Origin: Escherichia phage vB_EcoM_ESCO8
Sequence record: OM386653.1
DNA: 64,000 bases
Reading direction: 5' to 3' (one strand)
The notes beneath the pieces are model-generated. The model made no database searches. It saw only the letters and a list, made by a program, of their open reading frames with translations, and was not told the DNA's origin. Of this stretch, positions 57,784-64,000 are shown one piece after another. Each line of letters starts with the position of its first letter. The stretch's first letter is position 1. The position numbers were made by a program, and so were the translations under genes.

Positions 57784-58032
57784 TTACTCATACATTTGAT
57801 AAGATACATAACGATTGCAATCAAGTGCGAGAAACTTTTCAGCATTTCTTTGATGCTTGAACACAATACACTGTTCTTTTTTAGCTGCACTTTCACGAGC
57901 TTCTCTTGCCATATACTCACCTAAACGAACGATACCAGAGAATAACACGTATGCAAGAATAAGACAAACAGTGATTGCACAGAAAGTTTTAAACTTAACC
58001 ATTGTATTCCTCCATATCACGAATACGATCAA
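57784..58032 (-). CDS. Small membrane-anchored protein (KExCIxxKH family)
   Basis: ORF track; paralog of 53696..53920. Confidence 0.45.
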   Translation of the reverse strand: MIVFVIWRNTMVKFKTFCAITVCLILAYVLFSGIVRLGEYMAREARESAAKKEQCIVFKHQRNAEKFLALDCNRYVSYQMYE

Positions 58033-58363
58033 TCACCCATTGTACACGTTCTTTATTAAGGTGTGCAATGCCTAGCTCTGTTTCCGTAAAGTAGTGCGAG
58101 AAATCCGTATTAAACGGATGTAAATGGTTCAAACCCGCTTTCTTAAATTGTTCCTTCATTTCCTCTCGTACAGAGGATTGGAGCTTTGATACATTCTCAA
58201 CATCTTTTATCCAAGCAATATTGTATAAGAAGTCTACAAGACACGTGCAAAGACCATAATGCTTTTTGCTAAAGTTTGTATCTTCTTGTTCTAACCACCA
58301 TTCATAAAATTGTAGCAAATAGGGGCTGCTTTTCATGTTACACACTTTATTATTTTCTTGCAT
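57995..58363 (-). CDS. Paralog-family protein B
   Basis: ORF track; motifs LLQFYEWW, GLCTCL, LHPFN, RVQWVIDRI. Confidence 0.5.
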   Translation of the reverse strand: MQENNKVCNMKSSPYLLQFYEWWLEQEDTNFSKKHYGLCTCLVDFLYNIAWIKDVENVSKLQSSVREEMKEQFKKAGLNHLHPFNTDFSHYFTETELGIAHLNKERVQWVIDRIRDMEEYNG

Positions 58364-58372
58364 GGTTTCTCC

Positions 58373-58672
58373 TTAATGCCAATCTACGATCACTGAATCT
58401 ACAAAACCCTCTTTGGTGTTTAAAGCATACACCTTACTAAGCCCACGCTCTCGTAGTGTTTCCATAGCAAGATCAATCAAATCAACTTGTCGTTTCTTTG
58501 CTTGTTCATTTTTTGGATAGTCATCCAAACCGAAAACAGACGGTTTAAATGCTTTGGAGTATTTGCCAGTCTTAGCCTGATCATAACAGTCCTGAATAAT
58601 TTCCTCAATAGGAAACCATAAACCTTCTCCACTTTGCTTTGCAATACAACGCAGTTTTTCTGTAACAGTCAT
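58373..58672 (-). CDS. Hypothetical protein
   Basis: ORF track. Confidence 0.45.
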   Translation of the reverse strand: MTVTEKLRCIAKQSGEGLWFPIEEIIQDCYDQAKTGKYSKAFKPSVFGLDDYPKNEQAKKRQVDLIDLAMETLRERGLSKVYALNTKEGFVDSVIVDWH

Positions 58673-58881
58673 TCTTCCTCTCCTTTCAATTTACACTCAA
58701 AGATACCATTCTTAATGTTATCTGTCAAATAAAGACTATCTTCTATCTCTTCTTTTGTATACACATAAGCCTCCTTTTCCACGTCTGTCAGACCTTGCAT
58801 CGGAGCTAGTAGCCACCAGCTCCGCCAGTCAAACATAGGAGACTTATCAGATACACGAAGAATGTATCTGTCATTACACAT
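58669..58881 (-). CDS. Hypothetical protein
   Basis: ORF track. Confidence 0.45.
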   Translation of the reverse strand: MCNDRYILRVSDKSPMFDWRSWWLLAPMQGLTDVEKEAYVYTKEEIEDSLYLTDNIKNGIFECKLKGEEE

Positions 58882-58884
58882 ATA

Positions 58885-59337
58885 TTATACGATGTTCACA
58901 CTAATATCTGCAACACCAACAAGAGAATAGATTTCAACTACACTCTGTGTACGATCCAGCTTGTAACGTTTCGCCTCTTTTTCAACTTCCTCATGGGAGA
59001 TGGTTTCCATGATCGGAACTCCATCCACTACAAGCAGGTATTTCTCTTCGTGTTTACTTTTTGGTGCTTCCTCTAAGACTTCTACAAAATACTCAAACTC
59101 ACTTTTTGCAAGCAACGTGTAACACTGAAGAAAGTCTCCTTCATTTTGAGCGATAATTTCTTGTTCTCCTGCTAAGGATTGCAAAGCAGTGACACCATAC
59201 CAATCATCCACATCTAATACACGAAAATAGGAATCACCTAAAAAAGAAGCAATCCTACTATTGCACTCAGACACATTAGCAAACTTACGGATATAAGATG
59301 CGTTCTTAAAACGATACACTTTACCAATTTCAAACAT
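58885..59337 (-). CDS. Hypothetical protein
   Basis: ORF track. Confidence 0.5.
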   Translation of the reverse strand: MFEIGKVYRFKNASYIRKFANVSECNSRIASFLGDSYFRVLDVDDWYGVTALQSLAGEQEIIAQNEGDFLQCYTLLAKSEFEYFVEVLEEAPKSKHEEKYLLVVDGVPIMETISHEEVEKEAKRYKLDRTQSVVEIYSLVGVADISVNIV

Positions 59338-59539
59338 TACACAACTCCTTATTGTTCAAGGGTAAAAGGAATGATTTCACCATAGCTGTATTGCATGGCA
59401 TTCACTTCTGCTTCTGCACGTTGTGCTAGTTCTAGTGTTGCACAGATTTTGTAAGGTACAGTGCTGCATTGGCTCCAGCCTGGGGTATTCTTTGTTACTA
59501 AGTACACAGTAGTTTGTTTATCCATCTTCTTTTCCTCTT

Positions 59540-59797
59540 TTAAACAGTATATTCGTGTGGAAGGAAAACATAGTCTTCTCCTTCAACAACATCAACTACT
59601 TTCCACTTCCAGCCAGGTACTTGGCTCATTGTCTTGAATGACACATAAGCAACTCCGCTGTAAGCGATATCGGCATCTAATATAAGAGGGAAAGCAACGT
59701 GTGTCAACCCCAGATAACCACAATTATTTTCAATACACACCTGAATGCTTTTCATGTTATGCTCCATTAAAGACGGGGCGCGTAGCGTTACGTTCAT
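59540..59797 (-). CDS. Hypothetical protein
   Basis: ORF track. Confidence 0.4.
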   Translation of the reverse strand: MNVTLRAPSLMEHNMKSIQVCIENNCGYLGLTHVAFPLILDADIAYSGVAYVSFKTMSQVPGWKWKVVDVVEGEDYVFLPHEYTV

Positions 59798-60215
59798 CGT
59801 TCACTGTAATAAGGTTTTTCATAACCATAACACCCTGAATATAGCCTAGCCAACGATGGCGTTTGGTTTCAGACATACCATTACACCCATTCTGAATTTC
59901 ATTCAACATCCACAGTAAGTGGGAAACACCTGTTTCACTGGTATCTGGATCTTCTACAGAACTAAGAATAGTTTCATAGCGTTCACAAATTTCTGGGTAG
60001 AATTCATAATCCTGTTGTACATCTCGCATTTCTCGAATGAAGTGACGAGCAATAGGCTTCCCACGAAAATATTCATTGATGAAATCAATAACACACATCT
60101 CACTGCCTGTCACCACGGAAGGCGTTCCTATGTTAAATTGAACACTCACACCGCATTCTTTTACAAGATTATGTACACGCTCCGTGTTAGCAAGATACAA
60201 AGATACAGTTTTCAT
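59757..60215 (-). CDS. Hypothetical protein
   Basis: ORF track. Confidence 0.5.
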   Translation of the reverse strand: MKTVSLYLANTERVHNLVKECGVSVQFNIGTPSVVTGSEMCVIDFINEYFRGKPIARHFIREMRDVQQDYEFYPEICERYETILSSVEDPDTSETGVSHLLWMLNEIQNGCNGMSETKRHRWLGYIQGVMVMKNLITVNDERNATRPVFNGA

Positions 60216-60286
60216 TTACACCTCTCATTAGTAGTTTTGTTATGCGCGATATTGCATATTTTATGGAACACAGTGTACAGGCATTT

Positions 60287-60661
60287 CTATTCAATGCAAG
60301 CATTATTTGCATCTTCGATTCTGTCTTTCACCCATTGAAGACGTAACGTGTTGGTATGACACGCCAAGTCTATACACTCTGAAAGGTAATCCATGCAATC
60401 TGCATTGAACGGAAGATTGTAGTCCAGTCCTGCACATGTAAATTGTTTCCTCATTTCGTATTTCAAACTATCCAACAAACGATCACGCCATCTTTTATCT
60501 TCTTCTCTAGTTACCTCACCAACAAAATCATCTACATAATCTACCAGACAACCACATAAGCCACTCGTTGTGCGATTCATTGCAGGATGGTTGGCAATCC
60601 ATGCTTTATAGAATCGTATTAAAGCTGCACTACTCAACGGAATATTACTTTTCATGATCAC
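60287..60661 (-). CDS. Paralog-family protein C
   Basis: ORF track; motifs LIRFYKAW, GLCGCL, LPFN, RLQWVKDRI. Confidence 0.5.
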   Translation of the reverse strand: MIMKSNIPLSSAALIRFYKAWIANHPAMNRTTSGLCGCLVDYVDDFVGEVTREEDKRWRDRLLDSLKYEMRKQFTCAGLDYNLPFNADCMDYLSECIDLACHTNTLRLQWVKDRIEDANNACIE

Positions 60662-60827
60662 CTCCTAACTTAAGTATTCTACCTAGCAGATAAAAGAATG
60701 CCTGTATTGCACTAAGGAACATACACAAAATAATAAGAAGTCCGAAACCGACAAAACCTGCTTTTATCATTAACCAAACTATTCCAACCAATTCCCACAT
60801 TCTACACACCCTTACATGAATCGGCAA
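60645..60827 (-). CDS. Small membrane protein
   Basis: ORF track; hydrophobic; start uncertain. Confidence 0.35.
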   Translation of the reverse strand: MPIHVRVCRMWELVGIVWLMIKAGFVGFGLLIILCMFLSAIQAFFYLLGRILKLGGDHEK

Positions 60828-61218
60828 TACGATCTTTCACCCACTGCAATCTCCCTGGGTTCGTATGGCAAGAATGTTTCTTACCTTCATCTTCATAACA
60901 CAGAAGATCATCATTAAAGGGCAGGAAGGAGGATAGCCCAGCACACGTGAATTGCAATTTCATCTCTTCCAGCGTTTTGCTACGAACCATTTTGAAATGT
61001 TCTATATCTTCTTGCGTAGGCTTTTTCTTTGACATAGCGGATGCCAGATAATCCATAAGGCAAATACACAAACCAACATTCTCACGATGCATTGAGGAAT
61101 GATCTTCCATCCATGCTTTGTAGAATTCTAACAGCAGTGGACTGCTAAGAGGAACACACATATCAGACTCCTTTATAAGATTACGTTTCATGCCACACAT
61201 CATATAGCATCTTTTCAT
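60802..61218 (-). CDS. Paralog-family protein D
   Basis: ORF track; motifs LLEFYKAW, GLCICL, LPFN, RLQWVKDRI. Confidence 0.5.
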   Translation of the reverse strand: MKRCYMMCGMKRNLIKESDMCVPLSSPLLLEFYKAWMEDHSSMHRENVGLCICLMDYLASAMSKKKPTQEDIEHFKMVRSKTLEEMKLQFTCAGLSSFLPFNDDLLCYEDEGKKHSCHTNPGRLQWVKDRIADSCKGV

Positions 61219-62840
61219 CTGTTACAAGAACAGCAACATAGGAACATCATTAATGAAGGATTTAGTATAGGATTTCCCTATCAATTATTCTATATATACC
61301 TATTATTTTTAACACACCCCTTTGTACATAATATAGACAAATAAATATCTATGCCACAAAAATTTTCCGGTATACCCGATTTATTTCGACACACCCCCTT
61401 TTCATAAACGTAAAGTCAATAATATCAATAACTTGCCGCAAAATACTGCTCGCTTGCGAGAGGTGCTTAACGCGATTTTCAGCGCCCCCCGATTTCTGCC
61501 GACCGTCCCCCTCAAATATCAATGAGAATTATTATCATTTGCATTATCATTCAATGACTTATAAGACTTTTGATTATTTTCTGAGCAAGAAAGGCACTAC
61601 TCACAACAAAACAGATAAATTCTAAGTAAATCAATGGCTTGGCATTTCTAAACATCTATATACACCTTGCCAAATGAAATGATCTGGCGTGAAATAGTGC
61701 CACCCGTGGAAGATAGCTGATAATGATTCTCATTTGCATACTTTCTGTACTATAAAACCGACTAAAAATCAAGATAATTCTATTTTATTGCGCTTTTAAG
61801 AAAGTAGGCTCAACAAATGGTAAGTTATATTGCAACAAATAGGGATAGTTATGCCCGACAAATAACAACAATAGTATGAAAAATCATCTATTCGGATGTA
61901 AATAATTTTGCGCAATAGCACTGTGTTCCCATAGCGCCCCCTGGAGGGTGGCGCATTATGATCATCAATGTCATTATTCACCATGTTTATTATTGCATAG
62001 CTTATATTATAGCCAATGTTCTAAACATTAGCTAATAATAACGCACCGCAACAATGTAAGGGAATACAATATACCATGTATATTGTTGCGCTTGCAATTG
62101 TTGCAAGCTACATAAGCACAGATAATAACTATCGGTGATGGTTATTATGTGGGGTGTGTAGTTGCGTTATTATTAGCCGCCTATGTGTCCGGCATAGGCT
62201 GCTAATGATACGCTTGCGAATTATATTTCTTGTTATAGTTATTGTATGGAATGATTACTGTATGAAATGATTATTTAGGTAATAGATAGGAAGGTAAAGA
62301 TTAGATCATAAATAGATAGGATATTAATTATTTAGTAATGTTACTAACAATTTAATAGTTACTTTGTGCAACAATTCGATAGATTATAGTTATAGTTTTA
62401 AAGGTTAGATAGATTATATTTAGCTTAGTAATGATTTATATTGGTTATTGTTGTTTAATATAAGGTTATCAATGAGATAGTAACAGTAAGTTATAAATAA
62501 AGGTGAGATAATTAGTTTTAATTTAGTTAGATAACTTATTATTTTATAGGTTAGATGGTCATAAGTTAAGAATGATTATCATTATTGCATTATGCAGTTT
62601 ATTGCATAAATAATCAGCTATAAATAAGAATGATTATCATTTAAGAGGAAAGACAAGAAAAAGGCTGTTTTTTCCCGATAGTTACATTGAGAAATTAAAA
62701 ATAAGCGGTCTAAAACACGCTGTAAGCGCCTTATGATCTTCATGGTATGGTTGTTCATCTGCTCCTTGATTAGCTCGATACCGCGATCTATTCACTTTTT
62801 TCGGTGAACGTTTTTGATAGGTAAAAGCTATCATATTTAT

Positions 62841-62872
62841 TTAGGTAAAAAGAAAGGGCGCTTTGTGCGCCC
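62841..62872 (-). terminator. Rho-independent terminator on minus strand (GGGCGC-TTTGT-GCGCCC + T-run)
   Basis: GC stem then TTTCTTTTT on minus strand, immediately downstream of 62889..63272. Confidence 0.6.
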
Positions 62873-62888
62873 TGGTATGAAATGTTAT

Positions 62889-63272
62889 TTACTGATAAGC
62901 AGGATCGTTTGTTATATCAATCCAATGAGCTAAATTAATTTTATTTTTTGCTTTCATTTTCTCGATCAAACGTTCGGCTAATGTCTCGGAACGAATATAA
63001 ACATAATCGCTAAAATCTTGCCCCGTTTCTTCGTCGATCATTTCCCTGTATTCAACCTTGCCGATAAACGCATGATTCAGCGCATAAGTTTTACCCGTGT
63101 ACCAGTTGTGTAAATGAATCTCGCATTTATAATCGTCGCTATAACCTTCGGTTGTTCTAACTTCAACCAAGTCACCTTTAAACACTGATAAGCACCACAT
63201 AGGATCACGATCTACAGCGCCGTTAAAATCTTTACCGTTTACAGTCGCTGCCAGGTTGATGATATTGCTCAT
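62889..63272 (-). CDS. Hypothetical protein (GC-richer accessory gene)
   Basis: ORF track; composition differs from phage core. Confidence 0.45.
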   Translation of the reverse strand: MSNIINLAATVNGKDFNGAVDRDPMWCLSVFKGDLVEVRTTEGYSDDYKCEIHLHNWYTGKTYALNHAFIGKVEYREMIDEETGQDFSDYVYIRSETLAERLIEKMKAKNKINLAHWIDITNDPAYQ

Positions 63273-63347
63273 GGTGATTCCTCGTTTACCGTTTAAAATT
63301 GTTTGCCCTACACGATAACTATAAATTAACAGAGGCTATAAAGCAAG

Positions 63348-63656
63348 TTATTTTTCATAGAATTTTTCTACTGTGATATTCTTCCCAGTGGGATTAGCTA
63401 CTTTCAAAATTTTATCATGTACTGGACGCCCAAAAGAATAAGATCCGTATACAGTAAACCAATAATCACCGTCAGGCTGTACTATCACCGCTGCATAGGG
63501 TACGCCTTTTTCGTTATTGCTGACATAATAGATCACATTGCCGTTAATAGCCTCAGCGCGTTTAATTTGTTCGATCATGATATGATTCCTATATTGAGCG
63601 GGAAACCATTTCCCGCCTACGTGATAAATAATAATGTAAGCGTGATCCGGTGTCAA
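63348..63656 (-). CDS. Hypothetical protein (GC-richer accessory gene)
   Basis: ORF track. Confidence 0.45.
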   Translation of the reverse strand: MTPDHAYIIIYHVGGKWFPAQYRNHIMIEQIKRAEAINGNVIYYVSNNEKGVPYAAVIVQPDGDYWFTVYGSYSFGRPVHDKILKVANPTGKNITVEKFYEK

Positions 63657-63669
63657 TAGATAAAGTTAA

Positions 63670-63906
63670 TTATTTTGCATAATCAATAACAGCGCAGATT
63701 TTATCATTTACATCTTGTAAATCAAAGGCATAGGCGATCTTGCCTTGCAATTTTCCACGGGTGAAACAGATACGATAAACGCCGTTTTTACTATCCTCTT
63801 CTGATTTTAGTATTTTTGCAACCGTTGCAATTAACAGATCATCAGAGTAAGCGATAAAGCCACCACGTAAAATAGGTGATTTTTTGAGGATCATGACTTC
63901 TTTCAT
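63670..63906 (-). CDS. Hypothetical protein (GC-richer accessory gene)
   Basis: ORF track. Confidence 0.45.
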   Translation of the reverse strand: MKEVMILKKSPILRGGFIAYSDDLLIATVAKILKSEEDSKNGVYRICFTRGKLQGKIAYAFDLQDVNDKICAVIDYAK

Positions 63907-64000
63907 TTTCTTTTTCCTGTTTTCGTTTTGGGTATGTTCTACCCTCTAAAAACAATATTAAACTGTTGTGATTTATCGGTCAATAGATGAGATTGTAAAG

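Noticed and set aside
61796-61984. 62-aa minus-strand ORF inside the non-coding island
   Set aside because: No RBS, low-complexity product, surrounded by repeat-rich non-coding sequence.
1-64000. CRISPR arrays, integrase/attachment sites, rRNA genes
   Set aside because: No regularly spaced direct repeats, no tyrosine integrase and no rRNA-like sequence were seen; the AT-rich repeats at 61-63 kb are irregular and not CRISPR-like.

Overview
The window reads as a densely packed genome segment of a large virulent tailed dsDNA phage (AT-rich, short intergenic spacers, GTG/TTG starts, a T4-lysozyme-like endolysin). All calls come from reading the sequence and the supplied six-frame ORF track; no database search was run, so functions rest on recognised motifs and coordinates of RNA genes and signals are approximate. 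Layout: (1) 1-12,862, minus strand: morphogenesis genes (GTG-start portal; large terminase whose Walker A P-loop is interrupted by an in-frame ~158-aa intein-like insert), an overlapping spanin pair, an array of about 18 tRNA genes (6.6-9.4 kb) and an NAD+ salvage pair (NAMPT-like plus PRPP-synthetase-like). (2) 13,272-49,303, plus strand: early/metabolic block with a three-gene RNA-repair-like module (metallophosphoesterase, RNA-ligase-like, P-loop kinase), DNA ligase, two HNH-type endonuclease genes, MazG-like pyrophosphatase, DnaQ-like exonuclease, tdk, 5'-nucleotidase, thyX, nrdA, nrdB, a complete dTDP-L-rhamnose pathway (rfbB-A-C-D), glutaredoxin, endolysin, phoH, an HslV-like peptidase, N6-adenine and C5-cytosine methyltransferases, a small serine recombinase, a PP-lambda-like phosphatase and a Sir2-like protein; several stem-loop terminators of the GGGGC-GAAA-GCCCC type. 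(3) 49,479-61,218, minus strand: many small ORFs including at least three paralog families. (4) 61,220-62,880: a 1.6-kb ORF-poor island with Fur-box-like repeats and hairpins, followed by three small, GC-richer minus-strand genes. The leads I rank highest are the terminase intein, the split RNA-repair module beside the tRNA array, the NARP1-like NAD+ pair, the rhamnose pathway and the non-coding island.
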